From Phoronis australis (taxonomy: Eukaryota > Animalia > Phoronida): a stretch of DNA of 64,000 bases. A program made the position numbers and the translations under genes. Below are positions 34,290-48,469 of the stretch, piece by piece. Under the pieces are notes generated by a model. The model was not told the DNA's origin. It saw only the letters and a program-made list of their open reading frames with translations, and ran no database searches. Every line of letters begins with the position of its first letter. Within the stretch, counting starts at the first letter, position 1. Where the stretch lies: assembly GCA_002633005.1 (NCBI GenBank), contig NMRA01000165.1, positions 677,558-741,557 on the forward strand. Reading direction: 5' to 3'.

Positions 34290-35128
34290 AGGGGGTTCTG
34301 AGCTTGTAATAACATCTGTCTTCTTTGTTAACTGCCAAGCCACTCTTGAACACAGTCAAACTCAGCCGAATTCAGTGGTGTAGGCCTATTCGGAAAGAAG
34401 AGATTGTCGTAACTTCTAAACATTGATCACCATTTGACGAAGATTTCAGAAATGCTATTGGTTTATATTCAAATATGTTATAACTTAAAACTTTTGTTTA
34501 AGAGCACAGCACAATCAGGCCGATGAGATACGATCTTATAGGAGATTAGAGCAATTATCGAACAATTAAAGAGATCGAGCTGGCCCTCCAACCATAGCCA
34601 GAATATGGAGTTAACTTGCAGTCGTGTAAGATATTGGCTACCGGGGTAAACTTTCCAACTTGTTGTTGGGCTATAGAATCGAACAATTAAGTTGGGAGCA
34701 GCAACCGGGACTAACGCCGTAATGAACATTTTGCAAACACTTTATTTGGTAACTGATTTTGTTAATTGGCGTTGGATTACTTCTGGTTGATGTTGACCTG
34801 GACTGGCGCTCAGAATATATATAAGTGTAGATTAAACATATTTTTGTGTGACAACCCCTTACAAAGTCAGTGGCGGTTCTATGATATCACAAGAGGGGGG
34901 GCCAACATTTTGTCCGGCTGTAAGCCATTTGCGCACTGCACCACGATTATAGATGCGTCTAGCACCGAATGGGGGGAGGTCGGTAGGGGGGTTTGCCCCC
35001 CTCCCGCCCAGGAAATTTTCTATTTTTTCCTCTAAAAATCAAGCATTTTCCTAGATTCCTGAAGTATTATCCAAGAAAAAAGGCAAAGAAAACATAGAAC
35101 AAACGTGTCAAACAGGAAAAACCGCCGG

Positions 35129-35195
35129 CACGTACCACAGACTCGAACTCACGACCTGGCGGATAGAGCGCGCGTGCTTTACCACTAAACCACCA
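35129..35195 (-). other. tRNA-derived, Pol III promoter-like segment (SINE head remnant)
   Basis: The - strand reads tggtggtttagtggtaaagc (A box) ... gagttcgagtc (B box). No convincing cloverleaf. Lies within a GGCGG...ATCCGCC-bounded element (~34868-36550). Confidence 0.5.
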
Positions 35196-36986
35196 CGATT
35201 AACTACTAATCTTGTTCTAAGAGACCTACATGTTTATAGTCCTCAGCGTTTGCGCGCGAAACCTACTTCTTTTTGTAATGCTTATTACACGTTTTATATT
35301 TTGTGAAATCGGTTCTTAACAAAATTTGTTGTATTTAAAATAGTTTTCAAATGCCCAAAAGACCAAATCCGTTTTTCGTGTTGGCAATAATGACGGAATT
35401 GCTTTAGAAATCGTCTTAAGTTAAGGTTTGACAAAGATAGAATTATGAGTGTAACGGGAATCGGTGGAGCGACCAGCACCGATCTACTTAGTTTCTAAAA
35501 TGTCGACTGTTCGTAGCCGATAAAAATATTTGCAGCGGCGTTGTGTACTTTTTCACTCGTTCGAATCTCATACGAGAGAACCATGGTGACAACTTATAGA
35601 GAGTGAAACAAGATATAAGAAGATAAATATACTGAGTTTTATTATGCAATATATATGAAACACAAATCTACAAACTTACAACTCATCGCTAACTTCCGTC
35701 GACATCGCAGCTTTAACTTTTAGCCTAAAGACTTTATAAACAAGAAAAATTCGCTAAAAACGTCAAAGTCCAAATTTAAAAGGCCCAAACAGTTAGGTTG
35801 CTTGGTTGGGATTCCTTGCGGATAGAGTCCAGACCCGGCAAAATCCGAAGTTTTAGCGTGAGAGGGTCTTAAGATAAATGTGAAAACCAATCAGACTAGA
35901 ACTAAAAATTTCGTCATCGGAAGTTCCATATAATTGACCATCTTTCACCCCTTTAAAATATAATAACACACTCTAGTTTCTGGAACTAAACTGACGACTC
36001 GTCCTCACTCACGGCTCCATCAATAGACGGCGCTCCCGTCACAAAGAGTTTCTGAGTGATTCACCAAGGCTTCGATTAAAATTCACATCTTACCGGCAAT
36101 TTCTGTTTTTTCATCGTCACTCAGGTTCCATTTTCTTTAAAAAATAATTTTTCTTCATTGCACAATGGAGCAGACGACGGAAACGGAGTCGTAGCGCGCA
36201 GTAGTCTCCTGCACAGACCCTCGAGTCAGTGACGTCAGCTTGTGAGGCCCGGGAACCAGGTTAAGTGCGCCGCGCCATTGCCGTTCGCCTGGAATATCGC
36301 GGGAGAGCGTATTAGCCATAGTTCCGTTACGAATGCGCCGTGTTCCGAATACGAAACTTGAAATTGGATCTGAGCCTCCCCCCAAAAAACACTAAAACTG
36401 CACACATTTAAATCTTGTTTCATCCGTATGATTTTAATTACCGGGGTTAATTAATAAACTCAACATTTCCCTACGCTCTTGCTGTTTTATTTTTTTTGCG
36501 GCAGCCAAGGGGGGGGGGCTGGCCCCCTGCCCTCCCCCCCTAAATCCGCCTATTAAAGTTATGGTTCCCATTTCTTTCAGTCTCTAGTTTTCATGACTAT
36601 TCTGTACATACATCTAATCCATTTTCTAAAGTTTAGTACAACAGGCTTGTTATCTATTGTATTCTTACACATGTTTGTCGGAAAACTCTTTATTGCATGT
36701 TGCCTGTTTTGTATACGGCTGACGTACATGTAAACGGTTTGTTATCAAAGTATTTCAGAACTATTAAGGTTAGCATAAAACTCTAGTTCATATTCATCCA
36801 TTTATTAGTTTGTGCTATTGAGTCCATATGTCTGTGTTTAAGTTGTACAACAAATTTTTGAAAAGGAATTAATAATTACCGTCTTATATTTCCAATTACT
36901 TGTTTTTTTATTGTATCGTACAGATGTCCTAAGAAGCCCGGAGCTCCAGCTTACGTATGATTGTAGTTGTGTAACTTCTTTCATAA

Positions 36987-37025
36987 CCAATGCGCATGCG
37001 CAATTCCTCTGCTATCAAGATGGCG
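36987..37025 (+). promoter_or_regulatory. SDHA promoter module: CCAAT box, perfect NRF-1 palindrome, YY1 site over the start codon
   Basis: CCAAT 36987-36991, TGCGCATGCGCA 36991-37002, and CAAGATGGCG 37016-37025 overlapping the ATG at 37020. Confidence 0.7.
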
Positions 37026-40000
37026 TTTGTGTTGAGGGCATCGGCTTCCCTCGTAAGGGGTACACAGAAACAGCTGGTAAATACCTTGTGTAGTGAAGAT
37101 TTGTGACATTACATTCTGTGCAAACAAGAAAACGTGTGGATAGTTCAATATACCAGAAAAGTGTTTGTTGCTTGTTTCCAACGATGAGAATGATCACTTG
37201 TTTGTTGCATGGTGAATGACCTTGGGCTTGGAAGTGGAAGTTCAAGACAAGTTATGTTGTATTGCCTTGTTAGTACTTGTTAATGTGGGGCGAACCTTGT
37301 CGGATTTGTCATTCGTGAACGTTGTTAGTCCTACATCTCTGGAGTTCAAACTTATCTGTCAATTAATTTTGTCCTTTTTGATGTGCTTAATCTTTTACAT
37401 GTATGCAATTAAAGGCACTGGTCGGATATAGTGACTAGTGTTCCCATTGTTCCCTGATGTAGGGATCCAGGCATTCACTGATTAATTGGCCCATTATTTA
37501 ATGTATGAAACTGGTTCTCTTAATCGGTGACCTTTAAATTTGACCAGTGACATTAATTTTCAGTCTTAGTACCAGAGCAAATTACCTGAGCAGTTTTCCG
37601 TACATTTTCACTCAAACGTGATGTCTTGTTCCTGGAGATAAATCTCAGTTGGCGAGTTACCGTGGTTGAAGTTGATTACTGACTTACCACGCTTTGCACC
37701 AGCCAGTGGTGATGAAATGTAGCCCCAGTTTTTTGGAAACTGGTATTTTGCCTGTTATTTAGTGAAGGAAACGAGGACTTACGGCAAAACTTTCCACTGG
37801 TTTCATGTCTCTGCCGCAAAGTTACAATGTTTTTGTGAAACAGGTCCCCAAGTTGTCAAAATGTGGCACATTGGGCCATTTATACTAAATTGAGTGTTAG
37901 TTGTTAGTGAACCTTAGGTTGAAGTGGTGTACGTAATAATAAGAGGAAAGGAGTTAAAGTCAATAGTACCCATTTACACTTAGAACTTTGGACAGAATAT
38001 TACCCCTGGCTTATGTAATCACCATAAAGTCAAATACCACTCAATCTTGGTAGTGGATAAAATATCGATTATACATTGAGTACTGGGTCATTGAAGTCCG
38101 TTTCGCAAATAGTTTTAGTCTAGCAGTTAGCTCCTAATACGAGTGAGCTTATGCAGGCAAATGACTGTTTCTTGCTATTTCCCTGACAAAACATTCTTGT
38201 TGGTTGTTAATACAATGATAAGTGTTTTCCCAATGATCATTTTAATCAAATTCAGTGATTTTTGTGTCATTTGGTTTTTCCAGATTCCAATGTTCAGACG
38301 TAGTTCCTTGGGTGGAGTGCTTATAAAAGTTACAGATCAGCTAGTACGAAGAGGTTTATATTTAATTTAAAGTAACGCTTGTTATTAAAATATTTATGAA
38401 TGTCTGGTTGTGAAGGTTATAAGTCTGATCTTCATTTTGCAGGTTTCTTCCTTAGTTCGGCCACTTGCGGCTTCCAGACAGTTTCATTTTAAAATCCAAG
38501 GAAGGAACACAGACGCAAAGCACAGTTCGGGGCAGGTGAGCTTTTGGAGATGGTTTATTATTATTTTTTGAAGCTTGTTATGATCACGTTAGAGTATCAG
38601 TTATTGAATTGCCCTCGTTGGAGATTTGTTACTGTCCACAGCAGAAATTTTCTGCATCACTTCAGGTGGTCATGAAAATGTTATGCTAAAAACTGAAGAT
38701 GTATATAATGTTGACACATGGAGAAGAAGTGTAAAAAACTGCTGAAAGTTGACCAATTGTCACATGTACACAATCTTTCCTGCACTTTCTGTTCGTCAGT
38801 ACAATTTCTGTATTGATTGTTGTTTTTCTTTTCTTATCATGAGTGTGTTCACACATTACAGACTATCTCACGCGACTACCCAGTGATCGACCATGTTTAC
38901 GATGCTGTGGTCGTAGGAGCCGGTGGTGCTGGCCTGCGCGCCGCCTTTGGACTGGCTAATCAGGGCTTCAAGACAGCATGTGTCACAAAGCTTTTCCCCA
39001 CACGCTCACACACGGTAGCCGCTCAGGTAACTTATCCACTGGATTTTAAACGCCACTTGTCTTGTTTTGATATTGGGTCAGTTACGGGACTGTTTCTGAT
39101 ACACTGCTGACATGGTGAGCGGGAAAGGGTGCATTCATGAATCTATTCAGACCCTGATTTTTCCTTTTCAAAAACAGAAATATGTTTCGCAAGTTTTTTT
39201 TTGTACTTTAGCAAATTCCACTTTACTGATCTGGGAACTGTTGCTTGAGTATATCACAGCTCCATGAATTGCTATTGTATTCTGTAATTGCAGCAGGAGA
39301 AGAGTTTCTGTATCCTTAATACAGGATCTTGTCAGTAAACACGAATTATGTAAAAATCAATGATTTTTGTTCTGTCATAGTTTATGATGTCTGTGGGTAT
39401 CTATACCTTGAGCCAAAAAATTCTCTTTTCCTGTTTAATTGCATCGTTTTAGTTTGCACCTTCTCTATACCTACCCACATAGCTCTGCGCCTGCGGTATC
39501 TGCAATTTTTCCACATGTACTTCTATCTGGGCAAGCTTAGAGATGTTTTTCTGCTGATTAAATTTTCAACCTTTTAGCTGTTCAATCAAAGTTGTTCATT
39601 CACACACTAGGCTCATAATGCACAGATGCATATGTTAAGCTCATTGTGAACTCGTGTAGTTTCTGATAGATGACGGTCATAAGAAGCAGCTTTTGTTAAG
39701 TACACTGCTGGAAAATAGGTCTGCACAAAATCTGATGTATTTGGATGTACAATGCAATCTGAATGCGGAGGTTGTTTTTCGAAAGTAATCTCTAAAATAA
39801 GCGTCTCGGGAATTTTGCAATTAAGTCAAATCAAAGATAATAACTACTTACACAAGCGCAGTCTGAAAAATATTGAAACGGCTTTACTCGAATCCGACTG
39901 AAATGTTCACTTACATTTGGCCTGTTCGCAAAACTGTAGAAAGTCTACAAGTTAAGCTGTGACTTGATGAGTTAGGAATCAATCTTTTTCATAGGGAGGT

Positions 40001-43000
40001 ATCAATGCGGCCCTTGGCAATATGGAGGAGGATGACTGGCGGTGGCATTTTTATGATACGGTCAAGGGATCTGATTGGCTAGGTGACCAGAATGCAATTC
40101 ATTACATGACGGAGGAGGCTCCCAAAGCTGTCATCGAGGTAAGTCACCTTGTAATTCCTTGACAGTTCGCCTCGTGGAATTGTCTTATTGTATTTGTTGA
40201 TTTTTTTATTTTGTCCAAAAAGCAATTCGTAAGATTGATAAAATTCACAAAAGGAAGCATGCGCTTTTGGCCAGTTTGTGGGCAATGACCGACTTTCTGT
40301 GACTTTGAAATTAATTTTTCAAGTACTATAGTTAGGATTGACAATGGTAGAATGTTGATCTATTCGAATAAGTAGTCCATGTTTGATGGCAAAATATTAC
40401 AATAAATAGTCAAACATCAGACCAGTGGTTAAAATATCTTATCTGAGTGAAATCATTATTTGCTCTACTTGAAAAGTAAATGCTGATGAACAGGTAGACT
40501 AAGACTAGCAAAAAAGTGATCTAGGCAACAGGACATTTTCAAAGGCACAAGTGCTCAAAATATTGCTTTAGTGGTTCAGCAGCAGGCTATGACCAAGCTC
40601 CTACTCAGACTGTGCTGCCCTTAATCTGTTTCCACTGCCTTGGACTGTTCCCGGTTTCGAGCCCTTACTGATCTTCATTGGGCAAACAAGTTTGGTCCTG
40701 TCATAGAGCAGCCATAAGAATAGACAAATCAAGTTGGCTTCATTCATTGGGCATGTCTTATCATCTGAATGATGATGAATAGATACCGTACCTCAATTTG
40801 GGTTCATCCATTCAGCATATCTTAAATTAATGAGTGTGGTGAATGCATTCATAGTAGATCCTGCCTTCACTGCTAGAATGTACATTTCCATCATCAAAAC
40901 CTATGGGACTGCTTGAATTGTATGTTTCGTCACTGTTTCAGTTGGAGAACTATGGCATGCCCTTCAGTCGGCTGGAGAACGGCAAGATCTACCAGCGGGC
41001 GTTCGGTGGCCAAAGCCTGGACTATGGGCGTGGTGGACAGGCACACAGGTGTTGCGCAGTGGCCGACAGGACTGGACACTCTATGCTGCACACGCTCTAT
41101 GGCAGGGTAAGGGAGTCTATCTACCTGGAGTCATCCAGCTGCTGTGTATTTATTGTATGAAACCTCACCTGAATTCCCTTTTTTAAGAATGAGAATGAAA
41201 ATATATGGTCCTGTTCTCATGATCGTAATGAGGGCAGAAATTATGTTTATGGTAGAGCTTGAACCCAACAATGCCGTTAGATTTCAAGTTCTGTTATTTG
41301 TTGTTTGTCTCACTGTTTGAGTGTCCACCAGTCACTGCACATAACTGCCCTCACTATGTTGACTGGCACTGCTTCAACTCTAGCTTAAAATAAATAGGTG
41401 GCGCTAGTGTAACCATGGTTCATGTAATTCAATAGGGTACGTATCCCCACAGATGCCTACATGCAAATTGACATCTTTGTTGACGTTCTATTTAGATAAT
41501 AAAAAGGAATCCGTCAGCAACACCTTGTGAATATCTAGTTCCTCATTCACTCGCTTAGTCTTCATAGATTCTATGATTTAGATGTAATTGTACACTTTCA
41601 GTCGCTCTACTATGACACAGACTACTTCATAGAGTACTTTGCCCTGGACCTTCTGATGGAGGAGGGCGAGTGTCGTGGCGTGTTGGCTCTCTGCATCGAA
41701 GATGGCACATTGCATCGGTTTAAGTCCAAGAACACTGTGCTGGCCACTGGGTGAGTTAGCACCAATAGTTTTCAGATTTGGGAACCAGTTTTGCTGGTAG
41801 GGAATATATTGTTCTCGTATAGATTGACACCCATTTTCGACTAAGTGTTGACTCCAGAATTTTAAGAAATTGTACTTCTAAAAGACTGCATTAGTTTTAA
41901 CTCTCAAAAGCTTTATTATTTTTCTGCTTTTAAATTTAACCCCCTGGGGATTTACCAAGAAGGGTGCAATGCTTTAGTCATTTTTGCAGTTGGGCTTCAA
42001 AGAATGTTCAGTAATGTCATTATTTTCAGTGAAACTTGACAACAATATCTCGTGACTTATGTCGCCCATGCTATTGTATGCCACAAGTATGACAAGTAAA
42101 GTCTATCTGGAATACATTTCAGAGCTTTTCTAATACAGCAAGTTAGCGTTCCTAATTTTATACGATTTCACTGTTGAGTTCACTGATAACATATGTAGCT
42201 AGATTCAACATGTCAACTTCATTTTTTCTAGTTTGTTGTTAGCGATTTTCACTTGAACTACATGTGTGTTTGTGTGTGTTGAGTTTGTTCATAGTTGGGT
42301 CTTTAGGTTTGTTCTTCCTAACATAAACTGTTGACCATTTCCAGTGGCTATGGCCGTACCTACTTCTCGTGCACTTCAGCCCACACATGTACTGGTGATG
42401 GTACAGCTATGGTGTCCAGGGCAGGCCTGCCCAATGAAGACATGGAATTTGTACAGTTCCACCCGACAGGTCTGTGTCTTATAGTGATTGCTCTATGTCA
42501 CAGAGAATCCTGCTGGTTGTGCTGTCTCGAAAAACTGATCTTCCTAAAAATTTTCTTATTTGTGATGAAAAGTAAAGGTTTTTGAGGTGTTCATAGTTTG
42601 TATCAATATTTTTTCTTCAAATATTGTGTACTTCGGGTTATGTCAGACATTTTACCAGATTTCCCCCTCATGGTTGACGGTATGCATTGAATGTCCTTCC
42701 TTTTTTAATCTTGCAGGTATCTATGGTGCCGGTTGCCTTATCACGGAGGGATCTCGCGGTGAGGGCGGCTACTTGATCAACAGTGAGGGAGAACGGTTCA
42801 TGGAGCGCTATGCACCCACGGCTAAGGACCTGGCTTCAAGGGATGTCGTCTCCCGTTCCATGACTATTGAGATTCGTGAGGGAAGGTAGGTGTATGTATA
42901 TTGTGGTCACTATCTGATATAGCTGTTGCAGAATCATTGTATGAAATGCAACATCTAGTCAAAAATGAAAAAGTAAGGACTGTAGTTGGAGCCAGAGACC

Positions 43001-46000
43001 TTTTGCTTTTCGTGTCATTTTTAGAAATACAAGCCCTTCGGGGCATCTGCTTCCTGTCACGAATAATGGTAGGGGATAACATGCAGTTCTACTTTTGAAT
43101 TCCTGGTGCCTCTTGTCAATACCCACTAGCGAGTTTGGATCCAGCTCCTGCCACAGAAACTAGGTCTTTCAGTATCCATTACTTCACTAGCAAAGTGAAG
43201 TTAAGTGTGTGTTCTTGTATGATTATCTTCTCATTAAAAGTGTCGCTGAATAAGTTCATTGGGCTGACTCGATATAACAAGAGTGAGGCTCTTTGTGTAC
43301 TAATAAGAAGATTCAACAACAACGCTATATCTGATTGCTTGAGACTGTGCCTAGGTTGTCAGCACCAACCTGACAATAGAATAAGAAATGTCAAGGAAGC
43401 TATTTGGATAATATAAATGAAGGAGGCTATGAATCGCAGTGAAGGGTGGATGATATTTCTGGAGTCTGAAACAGCCTGACAAGCTCCACCTAACTTCCGT
43501 GTTTGAGAATGGCAACTACTGACTGACCAAAACGATTTCAGTTGTTTATAAATAACTCAACTTTCATAATAAAGCCTGTCACTTGCCTATTGCAGAGGTG
43601 TGGGTGAGGAGAAGGACCACATGTACCTACAACTGTCTCACTTGCCAGCTCAACAACTGAAGGAGAAGTTACCTGGCATCTCTGAAACAGCTATGATCTT
43701 CGCTGGCGTCGACGTGACCCGCGAACCTATCCCCGTGTTACCCACAGTGCATTACAACATGGGCGGTGTGCCTACCAACTACAAGGGTCAGGTATGCACT
43801 TGGGGGGCACAGTTGCAGTCAGTCCGAATTTGAGAGGGGCGAAATTGCAGTCAGTATGCACTTGGGAGGGGTACAGTTGCAGTCGGACAGGAACGTTTGT
43901 GTTAGATAAGGTTCTTACGATTTAGGACAGTAACTGCTGCCATCCAAAGTATTAATAATGATTGCATTTATAAAAACTATTATCATAAGAACCGACGGTG
44001 ACGTTGATGAGCTCCTTGCCACCAAGCTGGCTCAGGCTTTGACAGCTATGTTTGCCAAGAAGAAGTTATGAACTTTGGTTAAATCATTACCTGTTGCTAG
44101 CCTTATTGTATCTCTACTGATAATAAACTTCATCCTTGATACAAAGTTTACATCTATACACATTTGCAGGTTATCACTCACAAAAACGGCGAGGACCAGA
44201 TTGTGCCTGGTCTGTATGCCGCTGGCGAGGTGGCGTGCGCCTCAGTGCATGGTGCTAACCGTCTCGGTGCCAACTCCTTGCTGGACCTGGTCGTCTTCGG
44301 CCGAGCTTGCGCCAATACCATTGCCGAGGAGCATAAGCCTGGAGAGGCCATTGGGGATCTGAAGCAGGTGGGTCGTGGGTTCACATTGGGTGACGATTAT
44401 CGTGGTGGGCACAGGGTTCATTTTTGATTTACACTCCACGCTATAATTGTCTCTTTAAAATGCCTGGTAGCACAAAGTAATGTTCAAAGGTTGCAAAAGC
44501 ATTCCTAAGCTGATCTACATATGTCAGACTGTAATTGTAGTTCGTTTATGCACCCTGCTGGTGTCTTGTTCACCTCCACCATGGCCAGTCTCTACCAGAC
44601 CTAGACAGTTTCTTTCCCCTGTCATGCCATGTAATTTGTAAAGAGAAGGCCTCTTGCGACTGTTAATGTCCCGACTGAAGTAAAATGCCTGGAATCGTGC
44701 TGTTGACGTACGGTTGTCTCATAAGTCAGTGTGAATGCACCTCAACTTGAACTTTGCTGGTTTTGTATGCAGAATGCTGGTGAGGAATCTGTCGCTAACC
44801 TGGACATGCTGCGCTTCTCTGACGGCTCAACGCCTACCGCCGATTTGAGATTGAAAATGCAAAAGGTGAGGAAGATCTACCACTTGGGATTTCACTTGCC
44901 AATAAATAAACAATACATTTAAAAGCCCACAACGTGATGGAGAGGGCACAGAAACTGGTCGAATAAGAATTGCTGAAACTTCAAGTTTACTACTTAGTGT
45001 CTACTTACAGGAAGGTTAAACGTTAGGTTGGTGGCTTGTGCCTCGCTACAGAAGAGTACATCGGCCACTAAGTGCTCATACTTAAGGAAGTGTTTTATTG
45101 CATTACTGCGGACAAACTGAAAGTAATATAACCTGGCAACATTTGACGTGAAGTGTAAGCATGAATTGAAAATCTCAGGCTGTGTCCTGGCTACCTCTTA
45201 TGGTATATTTAACTTTTACTCTGTCTAGCTGTTGTCTAAGTGGAGTGTATGCGTTTTTGTTTCTCGTGCTGTAGACGATGCAGAATTACGCTGCTGTGTT
45301 CCGCGACGGGCCAACGTTGAAGGAGGGCGTGAAACAGATGAGGGAGCTGTACGGTCAACTAGAAGACATCAAGGTGACTGCCTGTCCTTGCATTTTGCTT
45401 GTGTCAGCCTAGTTTGACTACGACAATGTTAGTTTTAGCCATATCACCAGTTTAAGATGTGTAATCAGGAATGCTAAGTCATCATATACATTTAGGATCC
45501 AACTCTAAAATGTTAACCAAAACAGTTCTTATCAAAGATAGTGCTGCATGGAGCTTTAAACAGTAGATATGGACGATTTTGAAATATTTATGTCTCGATG
45601 TTAAGGCAGTGTGGAAATGAATGTATGCCTGATTGTTATTGTATATGTTTCATAATACCTTAGGTTTATGTCAAGAATAGATTTTATCTACTCAGTTGGA
45701 TTATTGAATAAGTAGCCACAGTTTTTTGTTTCTAAGCAACGACTAATGAGTCATGATTGAGCGCAAAACAGTTACTTTTTGGCAAGCCACAATTCACTCA
45801 CTAGCAGTTAGTAATGTATTTCTGTAGGTTTGCATTCAAAGTTGCATTCGTTTATTTTGTGTTAATGTGGTTGTATGATCTCCAAACATTAAATTTAAGT
45901 GACGTGATGAACATTTTGCTTTACCCCTTTCAAATAGGCTTCAAAAGGAATATCCCTAAAACAGAGTGATTTTCATGATTTGCAAGGTAAAAGAAGCTAT

Positions 46001-47459
46001 TCGCTATCTGTGTATTCCCCATTATGCATCTGGAGTGTCTCTGTCTGTGTCTGTTACCACTATGTTCAGCATGTAAGACAGAATGTGAAAACAAACTATT
46101 GTGTCGATGTGACGATGCATTTACATAAAATGTTATTAAGTTCATGTTGTGAACTTTGAATTTCGAACAGGTCAGTGACAAGGGCATGGTGTGGAACTCA
46201 GACCTGGTGGAGACACTGGAGTTACAGAATCTAATGCTGAATGCCTGCCAGACAGCCGAGTCAGCGGAGACTAGAAAGGAGAGCCGCGGAGCTCATGCCC
46301 GCGAGGACTTCCCGGTGAGTTAGCAGTCTCTGTTGTTGTTACATTATAACTTCTTTGGGAAGAAAGTTTCTTTCGAAGTTCACAAGTGCCATGAGATTGC
46401 ATTTGTTTGCATACATATTTAACAAGTCCTGGTGAATACCAGGCAAGTACTATTTCAAGCCAATCTGAGTTCATTAGTCCATATTTGTATTCCGGCTGCA
46501 AGCCAGTGTTACCAGCATACCTCTGTTTAATCTCATAGGACCGACTAGACGAGTATGACTACAGCAAACCATTAGAAGGTCAACAGAAGAAACCCTTTGA
46601 CCAACACTGGAGAAAGCATACACTGAGTTATCAAGACCACAGAACGGGCAAGGTAACATGCTTTACTTTGGCCCCGGCCCTGTAACGTGAATTATTGATG
46701 TTCCATAACAGCCCATCATTCCAATAGAAAAACGTAGAGTGGCAATTAACCAGCCTTATTTTAAAAAGACTAGCTTTTGAACCCGGGGGAGTCACTCATA
46801 TTGACAAGATGCCGGCAAGCGTGTGCAAAAAAATTGCTGAGAGACTCCCTATTGCCTGTACCAGGTCTGCTAATTCCCACCCCCTTTTGTAGGGTAGATT
46901 TTGAAAAGTTTTCTGAGCTTAGTATGTGAAAGGTGTTGATTTGTGCGTGGAGTCTAGCTTTTAGTTTTTGAAAAAAGCACTTGACCGTTATTTGTTGAGT
47001 GGAAATTTGACATGTCACTGAAGCGTAGCACTGTAAAATTTCATATTTTGTATTCAAGGTAGCCATGGCAAAAAGTGCTGTATGTACTCTGAACATTGAG
47101 CCTTTTTTACTAAATAATACTCCTGAAGTTAGCTGTACACAACCTCAATAAAAACCAACAGTTGAAACACATACTACAAAACACAAGTTTCGCTGGTTGT
47201 CGTCAAAGCTGTGTTAACTTGAAAGCTAAAGGTATTTTTTATATAAAATCACGCAGTAGATTGAAACTGTCATTTCAGCATGACCTATTTTTTAAAATTT
47301 ACTGTTTCACTAATGCATTTTCATCAATATTTGCCCAGTTATGTTTGGTGTAAGACCTTTTCTCTATTACAGGTTACCATCGACTACAGACCTGTCATCG
47401 ATGACGTACTTGACCCTAAAGTAGTTGACAGTGTACCGCCTAAACTGCGATCGTACTAA
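37020..47459 (+). CDS. SDHA: Succinate dehydrogenase [ubiquinone] flavoprotein subunit, mitochondrial (15 exons, 665 aa)
   Basis: Exons 37020-37076, 38443-38535, 38862-39026, 39995-40138, 40942-41106, 41602-41750, 42345-42469, 42717-42885, 43596-43791, 44170-44367, 44773-44865, 45275-45373, 46171-46314, 46539-46652, 47373-47459. All introns are GT-AG and the exons sum to 1998 nt in frame. Motifs: [18 protein letters not shown] (FAD His), [44 protein letters not shown]. The Arg/Ser-rich N-terminus fits a mitochondrial transit peptide. Confidence 0.98.
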
Positions 47460-48128
47460 ACCAGTAGACGCATACTCATAAGAGACTTGGCTGACAAACT
47501 CTAGTCTGTGCCAGTTCGTGAAGTGAGGTTATTTGGAACAAAAAGTACTGTGCTTGGACACTGAGAGGGTTAAAGGATGTAAGGTCTGCGTTCAAGTCAC
47601 GAAGTGTGTGCTCCATAGACGTTTGGCAAATTCCTCTTGTAGTACAATTTGTCAGGTGTCTGCATAGTTCATTGCCTCCTAATGGCTAGCAGTTAAACAC
47701 ACAAGTTTAGCATTTAAGCACTATCCACCATGTGTTTCATTGGTTAATTTTAATTCAGTCCCCTCTCCCCCACTGTGGCTACGCTAGTGGTAATAAAATA
47801 ATGATTCCAAGGTGCAATTTGCCATCCTCTCAATGTGAGCACTTTAAAAAACTGTTTTTGAATGCTGGAAGACAATATCCTGTTGGTCTGTAGATGAACA
47901 CGTCAAAGTTATCAGTTCCTGGCTGAAAACTATGTACGATGTTGCCCTGTATTGAAAAATACTAAATGTCTTAGTGAATCCTTGTTTTGCAGCAGGTATA
48001 ACATTTTGTTGTTTTTTCTGACTTCAGACTGTCGGTGTTTCAAAATTTGGTGATGCCAATTTCCAATTGAACTGTGTCTGGATTGTAGTTGAATAATCTT
48101 TTTCTATTATTGATATTTATTTTATTGT

Positions 48129-48214
48129 AATAAAGTGGTTTCTGTGATCACACAGTTGTTTATGAATGTCTCCAACAAGTGTAAATGTACAATCTGCTGT
48201 GGCATATGAATAAA
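48129..48214 (+). terminator. Candidate SDHA polyadenylation signals
   Basis: AATAAA at 48129 and 48209, followed by a GT/T-rich tract. Another AATAAA lies near 47792. Confidence 0.45.
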
Positions 48215-48469
48215 CATTAAGTTGAATATTTTGTGTTGTGTCTTGATACTGAACATGATTTTTATTTGGTTGTAATTTTATGTGGTGTCCTTGGAGAAAG
48301 AGGGGTCATAAAGTTCATGTTAAGTGCTGAATAGGCTTAAGTAACTCATTTATTCTGGTGTTGCTAAGTGTGCCAGTGTAACACAGGCATCCTTGTTTTT
48401 GCCGCTGTCCTTGACCCTCGTCCACTGCTGTATCTTTAAAACCCATGGATGGATGTTCATGCAGCTCCG

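Noticed and set aside
34058-34343. ORFs rich in CV, RT or HT dipeptides
   Set aside because: Translations of the (GT)n/(GCGTGT)n microsatellite.
35129-35195. Functional tRNA gene
   Set aside because: A and B boxes are present, but the acceptor and anticodon stems do not pair convincingly. Treated as SINE-like.
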